Shown piece after piece: positions 51,379 to 62,500 of a stretch of DNA of 64,000 bases (the first letter of the stretch is position 1; every line of letters begins with the position of its first letter). The notes below the pieces were generated by a model. The model was not told the DNA's origin, did no database searches, and saw nothing but the letters and a program-made list of their open reading frames with translations. Position numbers and translations under genes: made by a program. Source of the DNA: a virus; IMG/VR virus record IMGVR_UViG_3300020193_000011, positions 1 to 64,000 of that record; one strand, 5' to 3'.

Positions 51379-54300
51379 CTAAAATCTAGAGGCTATATCT
51401 GAATAGGGATCTTGGCCCATAATTGGCAGTCCGTTGTACATAGTACTGTTGATAGGCCCGTCGACAACATCTCCGAACATGCCCCTTAGCTTGTTTAAAT
51501 CCTGTATAGATCCAGTTGTATTGATTTGATATTGCATTCCGCGACCATACGTTTGCCCGGCGTTTTGTTCCATTTGACTAATTATTTGTTGCCTTGTTGG
51601 ATACCCTGTTTCGTATGGATTGCCACCAGGAAGAAGTGGAGGTCCCTGTATGTCTGCTGCAGTATGATCTTTTTTCTTTTTAGACTGATACAAAAAGCTG
51701 GCCCCTATCAAAACTGCCGCTGCCATTGTTCCTGTGCGAACATTTTTTGATTTAAAAATATCAAAGCTCATTCGCTTATAATTACTTCTTGATACTTCAA
51801 ATAACCCATCTTCTACTGCTGCAACTGATCTTGCTATATCATCTGCAAGGCTTCCTATATCCTCTAAATCTCCTGGCTCAACTCCTGTTGCAATTAAGCT
51901 TGAAGTTTTTTCAAATTCTTCTAGCTGTCTTGTGCCTCTAATGAAACGAAATGCTTCTTGTGCAACTGTTCTTCCTTTTTCTCTTAGTTCTGAAAATAAT
52001 TTATACCTGGCCTCATCATCTTTTGCTGCTGTTATTTGCATAAAGTCCAATAAGTGTTGTGACCTTGCTTTTTCAGGAGAACCAGGTATTAAACCACTTT
52101 CCTTTTTAAGAAAATCTTCTGCATAAGCTTGATCTACTAAATCAATTGCAGCTTCTGAGTCGCCTGTATGTTCTCTAAATGCCTTTTGAAGACGGCCAAA
52201 AGAACTTGGATCTTTTATGGCTGTTTTAGCTAGTCTTCTTGCTTTGGCCAAATTAAACAAAGACATCATTTCATGTTCGGCACCTGGCGGACCTGGCTCC
52301 CCAAGTAATCTTGCAGCTGCCTCACCAAAATTAGTTCTAAGCTCTGACTCTATAGCGTCAACTATATCTAGAGTTGTAGAAGAACTACTTTCATAGTTGG
52401 CTTGTATTGCTTTTAATCCTTTGGCAAGTTTTTCGCTTGTTTCTAATTTTTGTTCTTTATACACTGTTGCTCTAAGAGGGTCTTGTGCAAGTTCTTTAAG
52501 GTTTTGAAGATTCTTTGAAAGACCAGAGGCTCTTATCATTTCTCTGGCTGATTTAATATACTCTGCTTTTGCAGTAGGTATATTTTTTCTTTGAGCTCCT
52601 TCATAAGCAAACTTTAAAAGGTTAATTTTTGTTTCTGCTTCTAATGCTAAGTCAGCCTGAATTGATGTTGCTGCATATTTTTTGTAAAGTCTTGAACCCC
52701 TTTTCAAACCAAATATATCCAGAGCATCTTTTGATTTTTGTAATTCATCTAATTCTTTTTTTATCCTTTTTTGAGCTTCTTCGTTACCAGCAAAATCTTC
52801 AAGTGCAGACCCGTAGGCATCTATCGCAGCTTGTCTTATTTGTTCTCTTACTGATTTGAATCTGCTAGATAAAACTATTGGATCAAAACCTACTAAATCT
52901 TTTTCTTCAACTCCAGCAGCTAACTGATATGCCCTAAGAAGCGACAATGCTTCCGATTGTTGTGAGATAGCGGCTTTTGCTGCATCGGACTGTAGGTATC
53001 TAGCCTTATGGATATTTAAATAATTAGTTGGTAGACCAGTTCTTTCTTGCACTTGTTTAGCTATAGCTTCATAAACTTTTTTAACACTTTCTTTTTCCCT
53101 ACCACTTAAACCTTCGATTGCATCTTCATATGATTGAAGTGCTTTGTCTCCCATAGATTGCTTTATTATGTCAACTATATTTGATCTTGGCTCTACTGGA
53201 ACTTCAATTCCAGCTATACGATCTCTTAAGGTAGATACTTTTTCTCCTGACATAAAGCCAGACAGTGTTGCAAAAGTTTTTTCATCCTTCAAAATATCCG
53301 ATACAGATTCAACACCAGCAGCTATGTTAGCTAAAGAACCAATTGATTCCGCAATTTCGCCAAAACCGCGAAATGCTGCGCCTCCTACAAATTCGAACAT
53401 TGTTTGTTCACCAACTGCTTTTATTAAGCTTTCAGGCATTCCTCTAAGGTTACCGCTGAGAAAAGCCCCCAATTCATCTGCTGTTATCGGTGGAACTCCT
53501 AGTTTGGCTAGATTATTATTTATATATTTTAATGCTTTTTCACTTATGTCTGGAATCGATGCCACTTCAGTTGTAATTTGGATCATTCTTTGATCCAAGT
53601 AAGGTCCAGCTTGTTCTGGGCTTAATCCTCTTAAAGCTTGTTGTGTAACAGGCCTTCCTTCACTGTCGAGCACAACTGCATTTCTTGCTCTGACAGAAGC
53701 TGTTTGCATACTAGCTGCTTTTTCAAAAGCATCTACTTCTGCTGCGTCTTGCAAACTTTCAATTGGAGCTCCTCTTTCCATTTCTTTTGCTTTTCTTACA
53801 ATAGTTTCTATTGCAAATAAACTGGATTCATCGACATCTGAAACTCTGCCTGATTTATAAACAAATTGACCATCTTTTTGAGCTAAAACTTTTTTTAGTT
53901 TATCAAAAACATTTTTTGCAGTTGGCTCATCAATTCCTGTTTCTGCCATTATCTGATCTAAGAAAGAACCGTCTTCCATCATAGTTTGAAGTTTGGTTAT
54001 TGTTTCTGGGTCTTTGCTCAAAAGTCCTTGCAAAGTTGTAATTGAGTCAAACCTTGGTCTTGCGAATAAAGCTTCTTCTCTTGATTTAGGATCTCTTACA
54101 ATTCTAGTTCCAAAACGCATTTTTCCATTTTCATCTTTAAATGTACGAAGCTGCGTGATAACATCGTCGTCTTGGTCGAATCCACTCAATACGGACTTGT
54201 AAACACTAGAATTTTCGTCTGAAACAATTAATAGATCTCCATCAAGCTCGAACTCCACAAAGGTTGCTTTTTCTATTTTGCCTTCTCTTGTTCGTATTGG

Positions 54301-56523
54301 AATAAGTGTATGGCCGCTTTCCGAAAAAATAGAAGAGTCCCTCATTAGTACTGTTGGAGTTCTAATGCCGTATCTTGTGGCACTTGGTACAACCATTCTT
54401 GGAACACCATCTTTGGTTGTGAAAGCTTGTGTGGAGAAGTGTGACGTAATTAAGTTTAACATTGCCATGTTTTTTTCTAGCGGTAAACCTAACTTTATAG
54501 CGTTATCTATTTCAGCTAAAAATCTTCTTCTTTTAAGGGCTAATCCTTTTGCCGCAGGATTTAAATCATCAAAAGATAGTCCAGCTAAATCAGCTCTTTG
54601 TTGTTCTACAAACGAGATAAGCGATTGTCCTTCTGGAAGCTTTCCAGTTTCTACAAATGCTCTGATTCCTTCTTCAACTTTTGCCACTTGATTTTGTTGA
54701 GCTTTAAGAAAATTTTCACTCGTAAATAAAGTTGGTTCAGCCATCAATTCCATTGGCTCCACATAGACATGCTCAGAACTGCTCATGGCTATGTTCATTT
54801 CGACAAATGGAATTTTACCAGTTTCTTTTTTGAGCGCACTTATATCTCCAATCATTGATGTTCTGTCGAATTGTTCTAAAACATCAGGCAAATTATCGCT
54901 TTCAAGTAGTTCTAACTCATATTCTTGAAAGGGAAGAAGTGGTGATGATTGGCTTCTTAATCGTTTTATTCCTTTACGTATTCTTTCAACTTCTTTTTTT
55001 GCTTCTTTATAAGTCAAACCTCGATAATTACCTTCATAATTTTCAAAACGCAAAACTGCAGCTTTAGCCTTTATTGTCCCACCCAAGAATACTTCTTCTG
55101 TTTCTTCACCTGGGAAAAATTTTCTTCCATCTGGTAATGTTATTCCTTCTCCAACTGGAAATCTTATTGTATTATCAGCTGTTGTGCCAGAACGCAATAT
55201 TTGTTTTAATTTTTTTATTTCCCCTTCTAAAGTTCTCAAATCATCTAATTGTTTTTCATTTACTGTCCCTGGACCAGAAGATTTTAAGTCTTTTAACATA
55301 TTTCGATGTTGTTTAGATTTTATCCCTATAAAATTTCGTACAAACGATTCAGTTATTAAAACAGAACCATCTCGCATTGGTTCTAGGTTACCTGCTAGAG
55401 AGCCAACAACTTGTTTGTATTGCTCAGCTTGCCTTAGTTTAACCGGATCAGTTCCAGCATCGGCTATTACAGTTTTTATTGTTGCTTTTAATTGTTCAAA
55501 AATACTACCAGATTTTGGGTCTATCTTAAGGCTTCTAATTTGCTCTGACAATAAGCCATAAACATCATTGGGATCTAAATTTTGTGTTGGATCTGCTCCA
55601 ATCAAACCAGAAACTCTACCAACGAACTGCATAACGTCTTCGCCAGTACCAAAAATACGTTTATTTGACTTTACAACTCTTAACTCTGCTGGAGTTAATT
55701 CGTCTCCTCTGATTTTTTTAAGAACTATATCTGTTATATCTGTTAATTCCAAAGATTTACCGATGTTGTCAACACCAGCAGGATTCCCCATGTTCACCAA
55801 TGCAGCATCTACTTTTATGGTGCTGAAGCCAACGTCTCTTGGTGCAAGTTCGGATTGAAGTCTCTTTGGTATCTTGCCAACTAACTTGCTAATTTGTTTT
55901 AATACAGTGTTGTCATCTAGTGACTCTACTACTTGATTAAAAAAATCAGTAATAACATTATTAGTTAAATAATTTATGTTTAATTTATTTAGAAGAATAA
56001 GCTGTTCCAGCTCTGATAATGGTGTTTCTTCTCCAGCTATTCTAAGTCCTACTCGTATTAAGCCTTCTTCAGTAATATTTGTTATACCCGGAAAGTTGCG
56101 TGACATTGAAGAACCTGGATCAAGGATAGACTCTAAAATTTGTTTATTATTTTTTATTGCAAAAGTTGCTTGCATACCGCTAACTCGTTTGCCAATTAAT
56201 TTATCTAATTTTAATTCTCTTAATTGTTGTGGCGTAGCGCTGCTCAAAAATTTATTGATTGCTGTAACTCTTGATTCTAAAGCCGCTGCACCCGAGCCTC
56301 CTTCCACAATGCCTGTTGGTGAAACTTTTCTTATTGATGAAATTGGCGATGATAGACTAGCACCTTCTGCACTTATAATATTTTCTGTAGCATCACCTAT
56401 GTCAAATACTTCTCCAGTTACACTGTTGAATACAGAACCATCATCTCTAATTATTAAATGTTTCCTTGATGGGTCTCTTGAATAGATCACTCTGAATCTT
56501 CTAATTTGATCATTTAAAGGCAT
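51379..56523 (-). CDS. Large virion-associated protein; possible diverged two-barrel RNA polymerase
   Basis: 1714 aa; SGFDQDDD acidic triad; C-terminal hydrophobic helix. The ORF is certain, the function is speculative. Confidence 0.45.
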   Translation of the reverse strand: MPLNDQIRRFRVIYSRDPSRKHLIIRDDGSVFNSVTGEVFDIGDATENIISAEGASLSSPISSIRKVSPTGIVEGGSGAAALESRVTAINKFLSSATPQQLRELKLDKLIGKRVSGMQATFAIKNNKQILESILDPGSSMSRNFPGITNITEEGLIRVGLRIAGEETPLSELEQLILLNKLNINYLTNNVITDFFNQVVESLDDNTVLKQISKLVGKIPKRLQSELAPRDVGFSTIKVDAALVNMGNPAGVDNIGKSLELTDITDIVLKKIRGDELTPAELRVVKSNKRIFGTGEDVMQFVGRVSGLIGADPTQNLDPNDVYGLLSEQIRSLKIDPKSGSIFEQLKATIKTVIADAGTDPVKLRQAEQYKQVVGSLAGNLEPMRDGSVLITESFVRNFIGIKSKQHRNMLKDLKSSGPGTVNEKQLDDLRTLEGEIKKLKQILRSGTTADNTIRFPVGEGITLPDGRKFFPGEETEEVFLGGTIKAKAAVLRFENYEGNYRGLTYKEAKKEVERIRKGIKRLRSQSSPLLPFQEYELELLESDNLPDVLEQFDRTSMIGDISALKKETGKIPFVEMNIAMSSSEHVYVEPMELMAEPTLFTSENFLKAQQNQVAKVEEGIRAFVETGKLPEGQSLISFVEQQRADLAGLSFDDLNPAAKGLALKRRRFLAEIDNAIKLGLPLEKNMAMLNLITSHFSTQAFTTKDGVPRMVVPSATRYGIRTPTVLMRDSSIFSESGHTLIPIRTREGKIEKATFVEFELDGDLLIVSDENSSVYKSVLSGFDQDDDVITQLRTFKDENGKMRFGTRIVRDPKSREEALFARPRFDSITTLQGLLSKDPETITKLQTMMEDGSFLDQIMAETGIDEPTAKNVFDKLKKVLAQKDGQFVYKSGRVSDVDESSLFAIETIVRKAKEMERGAPIESLQDAAEVDAFEKAASMQTASVRARNAVVLDSEGRPVTQQALRGLSPEQAGPYLDQRMIQITTEVASIPDISEKALKYINNNLAKLGVPPITADELGAFLSGNLRGMPESLIKAVGEQTMFEFVGGAAFRGFGEIAESIGSLANIAAGVESVSDILKDEKTFATLSGFMSGEKVSTLRDRIAGIEVPVEPRSNIVDIIKQSMGDKALQSYEDAIEGLSGREKESVKKVYEAIAKQVQERTGLPTNYLNIHKARYLQSDAAKAAISQQSEALSLLRAYQLAAGVEEKDLVGFDPIVLSSRFKSVREQIRQAAIDAYGSALEDFAGNEEAQKRIKKELDELQKSKDALDIFGLKRGSRLYKKYAATSIQADLALEAETKINLLKFAYEGAQRKNIPTAKAEYIKSAREMIRASGLSKNLQNLKELAQDPLRATVYKEQKLETSEKLAKGLKAIQANYESSSSTTLDIVDAIESELRTNFGEAAARLLGEPGPPGAEHEMMSLFNLAKARRLAKTAIKDPSSFGRLQKAFREHTGDSEAAIDLVDQAYAEDFLKKESGLIPGSPEKARSQHLLDFMQITAAKDDEARYKLFSELREKGRTVAQEAFRFIRGTRQLEEFEKTSSLIATGVEPGDLEDIGSLADDIARSVAAVEDGLFEVSRSNYKRMSFDIFKSKNVRTGTMAAAVLIGASFLYQSKKKKDHTAADIQGPPLLPGGNPYETGYPTRQQIISQMEQNAGQTYGRGMQYQINTTGSIQDLNKLRGMFGDVVDGPINSTMYNGLPIMGQDPYSDIASRF

Positions 56524-56524
56524 G

Positions 56525-59500
56525 TTATAAAATTCCTGCAGAAATGTTTATGGAAGATTGATTATCGTTATTTTGAACAGGCATTACTGAGCCGGGTATC
56601 CCATTTCTTGCCATCAACATTCTTAGCCTTGCAGCTATGGACGCTTGATTTTCCTGCGCAGAAAAAGATGGATAACTAGGATTTGTCAAATTTGCTTCAC
56701 GTATTTGTTGCGGATAGTATCCCATTTGAGACATGTTTATTCCCATGGATTGACCCATTTTAATTTTGATGTGTTCCATATTGGTATTCGGATGCCAACC
56801 TTCCCAGCTCAAATCGGGAAGTTCATGTCTGCTAAAAAATTCTGTTAAATCTGGTTTTTCTTCTACGGGCATTCCCCAAGCGGCTTGATAAAACCTTCTC
56901 TCCAACCTCGGGGCGGTTGACAATATTCTTTCTCTTTCTTCAGGATTTTGTTCCTGTATCATAGATCTAAAATGTTCTCTTTTTCTTTTTGGCACTGCCA
57001 GAGACAGCGTGTCTACGGAACTACCGTACAAATCTGCACCATACATAGTCCTTCTAGCGGCCTGGTTAAATTGGTTGGCGGAAACGGAATCCCCAACTTG
57101 AGAAGCTTGTGCTGCTAAAGATCTATTTTTAACGTACGAAAGAATATCGGTATATTCTTCCAAAGCCATCTGTTTTTTGCGTTCTTTTGGAATAAATCTT
57201 TCTCCCGTAAAAACTTCTTTTGCGTTGTTGTACGCTGAATAAGCGGTTCCCGTTGTAAAGCCAACCAATGCTCCAACCGCCCTTGTTGTTGCCCTTCTGC
57301 CAAATAAAGCGCCAATACCTGCTGTGATCAATCCTGCCGTTAAAGGATTTCTTTGAGTGCTTTTATTATAAATTGGTTTTATAAAACTTTCAATTGGACT
57401 GTTCCATTCCGGAAACGAATTTCCATAGACATTTCTTCTCTCCCAATCTTCCCTAGCTGTTCTATTCGGAAAGAATTTTGTATTAATGAAAGTATCTCTA
57501 TGGGCCAAGTATTCTCCCATTTGACCAACCATTTTTGCAGACCTACTGATGCCGAGCTCCTCAGCGCTCGCATGTTTATATTTATAAGGGCTAAATTCAT
57601 TTCTTTTTGTTGTCTGTGCAACTTGAGCTCGTATATTTTCTACTTCCACCCTTTCTGATGGCTCAAGATTGCCCATATTAAGAGTTCTGTCAAGAGACCT
57701 GAATTGTCTTGAGTATGGCGCTACGTCTGCGAGAATATCAAGTTGAGTAACCGGACTTTCGTAATCTCTTCTTAACGGGTTAAGCCTTTCGTACGCAACT
57801 CCAGGCAATCTCAATTCTCCTTCTTGAATTTTGGAAAAAGGATCGCCAGTTTGAAAATTGATAAAATAATCAGATCCCGGCAAGAACGGATATTTCATTC
57901 CCATAGTGTTTCTTATGGGATTCAAATATGTTATATCTGTTCTTTCTTTCGGAATAAATCTTCTTGTTATTTCAGAAAGTTCTAATGTAGATTCACTTGC
58001 CGGAACGTCTCCAAGACCGCCGAGATTAAGGTCCCAAAATGACCTAGTCGACCCATATGCTTTGGCCGCTGATTGCAAAACCGGAACATTTGGTTGAAAA
58101 TCGGCGTTTCCAAATCCAAATGTTTCCCTCAAAGAACCTAAACCAAAACCGTAAATACCGGCCATTTCTTGCATTCTGAAGCTAAATTCTTGAGATTGAA
58201 ATGCCAAACTTTGAGTGGTTGTAGGGGCTCCCGATGGAACTATTGATGGCGGTATGTAACCGGGAACTGGTGGAGGACCATATTGAAATGATTGGACGTA
58301 TTGTTGATTTGCAGCAGCGATTGTATTTCGCGACATATTAATAGCTGTATTCAATGGCGCTGCTCCTGCAGCAAGCGAATTATTGTAAGAACCTATTTGC
58401 AATGACACCACTGGGGCGGACGGCGCGCTATCACCCAACACTGCTGCTGCAGCCCCACCAACACCGCCAGTTTGGGCTCCATATATTGGACTTACTCTTC
58501 CTGACGACAACAGCCCTGATGGATCGAAAGCGCCTGCATCACCAGCAGGAATGTATTGAGAAAGCGCTTGCGAAACCTCTTGCTGATGCATCGGGATTTG
58601 TGGCTTGAGAAGCCTGCCAATGGTCATATTCAACGCCGGAGTTATTGGTCCAAACGGTCCAGTAAAATATTCTCCAGTTACCGGATACGGTCTATCGAAA
58701 TAATTTTCCCTCTCGAACCTATACGGGTCGAATGGCCTCAGTGGAGAAAAATCATACCCATAAGCCAAGCGCTCAATAGGACTTTCAAATGCGTCTGAAG
58801 TATAGGTGCTTCCAGATTTCATTCTTCTGTAATAAGAAGGTCTGTAATATTGGACCTTGCCACCAGCAAAGGGCGTTACACCCAAAGGCCAGTATCTTCC
58901 TTGCCTTACAGGAACTTCGCCTTCTAGAAGTTGCTCCCTTTTTTCTTCATACCCCATACCACCAGGAACTAGGCCCGATGCAAGCGACTGGAGTTCTACT
59001 GCCCCTCTTGCTGCCTTGCTCAAGAAAAATGGAGAATAAACTCTTTCTCCTCTATCATCTCTTTCTTGAGTCAAACCACCGATAGTTCTGTCTGCACCAA
59101 GTGCTAACGCACCTCCTACATAAAGTGGTGCAACTCTTTTACCAATTATCCCACCAGCAAAGAAGCTTAAGGGGCTGCTGTATTTATCTGCATCAACAGA
59201 TAAACCTACGGTTCCAAAATATCTATTAATTCTGTCAGAAAGATGTATTGCAGGTATTGACGCTGCGCTAAATGTGTCAGGTGAACTGTAGCTAGTAAGT
59301 CCAACTGTATTAGCAAGGACTCTACCAAAAGTTGTTTCTCCCCTTACTGCTCTGTCTAATTGGCTTCCAAAAGTTGGAACAAAAGTTGTTCTTGCATTAC
59401 CAAGAGGGTTAACTGCACTATCTGCAAGTTCGTAAGGAGCTACGCCAAAGGTCTTCTTGAAAAATGGTCTAACAAGCGATGTCAGTCTTCCGGATCCGGT

Positions 59501-62500
59501 TGCGCCAACATTAGATATAGTTTGTGTTGAAAAGGGTTTTGAAAGTCCAGATAACGCTTTGGCAAACTCTGGATTTTGTTCTCTTGTTCGAATTATTGAA
59601 GCAAGTGCTGCTTGTTGATTTTTTCCAAATTGATTTGCTGGATTATAAGTTTGATAAGAAAAAATATCAAATATATTTTCAAGAGCCGCTGCTCTTGCTT
59701 CAGCTAGTTGATCAGAAGAAATTCTACCTGTTTTTTTTAGTATTTGTAAAATTTCTTCAATCTTTGCGGCTATTTTAGCCGGGTCTCCATCGTATTCTTT
59801 ATATGCAGTTATTTCAATAAGTACTCTGTTTATTGCGTTTCTTAAATAGTCTTGCCTGGTACTAATTGTTGGAGATCTATGTTTAATTAAATCAGTTGAT
59901 AAAGAATCAATTTCTTCTGAAAGATTTTTAACAAATTTCATTGCCCTAGTAAGACCTATGGGATCTCTGCCACTAGCTCTTATTTCTGAAGCTGTAATTC
60001 CATATATATTTTCAAGACTGGTTACAGCTTCTAGCAATTCATCGTCAGCAATTTCGCTTAAAGGAGTATCTATTCCTTTAATATTTAATTGTCTTAGATT
60101 AAGAGCAGTCTTTTTGGTGTATTCAGCGATAATTGGTAGTGGAGTTGCTCTTCTTGAAGTTTGTTCCTCTCTAAATGCGTCAAAAGCTTTTGTAACTTCA
60201 TCAGCATCAAAGACCGTTTCCCCAAGTTCATTAACAACTGCAGGAGATCCATCGACTTCTACAAGTGATAGCGTTTTACCTCTTCCTATGTTAATTGTTT
60301 TTTTGTCTAATAACCTAGCAAAAACAACTGGGTTTTGTATATCTTTTTTTCTCTCTAAGAATCTGCCAGCCCTTCTAAATAGCGAACTAGGCTGCTCTTC
60401 ATCAACATCAAACAAAGATTTAATTTTTTCTAAGCGACTTCTTGATCCTCCAGTTAAAGTAGAATCTCTTTCTTGCTCTCTTCCAGATGCTAGGCGTGCT
60501 GCTCTTGAATATAGGTCTGTTTCAATTGATGAAAATCTTTTGTACAAACCAGAAAATTCTTGAACATCAGCCCCAGAAATAGATCTTTTAATCCCAAATA
60601 TTTTTCCAACATTGCCAAATATTCCAGATTTTTGATTTACCCATGCGTATACATCTGGTCTATTTGCTCGATCAGCTAAGAAATCCTGTCTTGCAGTACC
60701 TCTTAAAAATTGTATTTCTGTATCTGGATTTATGCCCTTCGGTCCACCAAAACCCAAAAGTTGGAGTGGATTAAATTTTACTATCGGTATTCCATAACCT
60801 TCTGTCAATGCATTGAGAAAACTTTTAGCGCCGGATCTAATTCTGGTTGTATCTACGATACTTCCACTTGCAGTTTCGTAGACTCCAGTTAATGCGGAAT
60901 ATCCAATAGTTTTAGAAACTGGGTCCTGTAATGCTACTTGACCATACAATCTTCTTGCTTCTGCCCTGCTTTTGTCATCAAAAGATTCAAATATTCGCCT
61001 ATCAAACGCTTTGTCAATAGATATTTCTCTCAATCCAAAAATATTAAATCCACCCATATTTGATGCTGGTGTCATTAATTTGTTATCAACCAAAAAACCT
61101 CTTAGTTGAGATGCATCTGATGCGTCAAGCCCTCTTTTTGCTAACTCTGCTGCAATATATCTATCTGATGTATACGCTCCGTCGGATTCAATTAATTTAA
61201 TTCCTAATTTTTGAGCCGCTTTTCTTGATAGAAAACTCATCTTTTGAGGAGTTATTACTCCAGTAAAATCTTCATACAAAGCTTTTTGGGGTCTACTAAT
61301 TAAATTTGCGTGAGGAACAATTATATTTTTGTCTACATCTTCAAAAGCAGAAGTCGCTTGTAATCTTAATGAATTTCTATACAATTCAGAAGTAAAAGGG
61401 ACGTCAGCTTCTTTAAAAGAAACTTTTAAAATTTCTGAACTAAGATTTTTAGCTTTTTTGCCTAAATCTTTTTTTGCCCTTTCTGATACAGCTTGAAAAA
61501 ATTCATCATCTGTACTTACATTTATTTTTTTTATACCATATGTTATTCTTTCAGAAATATTTCTTGTTTTATCAAATTGACTTAAAAGTTGATTGATTTG
61601 AATTCCATCAACAAAATCTTCCGCAACATCTTTGTCTATTCCTCTTCTAACCAAAGATTGCGTCACCGCTCTTAGGTATGCGTTATTTTCAAATTCGCGT
61701 GTAAATTGTCCAACTTTTGTTATTTCTCCATCTGAATCAACAAGTGATCTTGCGTTGAGTGAAGAGTATACAAGATTAGAAAATCTACTTGTGTGTTGTT
61801 TTTTAAGATTTTGTATTGTCCTTGTGAGAGTATCTGCAGCTTGTGTTATGTCTCCGCCAGATCTTCTAAGAGCTTCATCATAAGAAAGTGCGCCAGATAT
61901 AACATCGTATGCTCTTTTTGAGGTTTTAAATTGCTGTCTAAATTCTCTTGCTCCAATTGTAAAACCTCTAAGTGTTGGTATTGTATCAATAAAACCTTGT
62001 GTTTTTTCTTTTAGCTCAAACTTTCCATAACGTGGAACCATTAATTGGTCATCAGATTCGTTTGCGTATCCAAATAAATAAGCTCTTGCCGTTTTAGCAG
62101 CGCGTGCTAATTTTCCTTCACCAGACTTTTTTGATGCTGTTCTTGCGGCTGCTGCGCCTCTTCTTGCTTGATGGAGAGAAAAGACGACACCGCCTTCTTT
62201 TCTTTGGGCTTCTGCAAATGAAGTATTGAAGGCATACGCTGCTGAATTACTTATTCTACTAGCTTCTTGAATTATTTTTGAACTGTCTTGACCAAAAGAC
62301 ATTAATATTGTTTTTATATCAGCTATTTTGTTTGCAGTTTTAAGTTGGTTTCTACTTAAGGGTAGTGGAAAATCTTGATATGGCGCATCTGCAAGCTGCT
62401 TAAGTCTTTTTACGCCCGCTCCAGCTACTGTTTCTGGAATAATTAAACTGGTTATGTTAAGAGTAGACTGCTTAACGAAATCTGTTATAACATCTACTGG

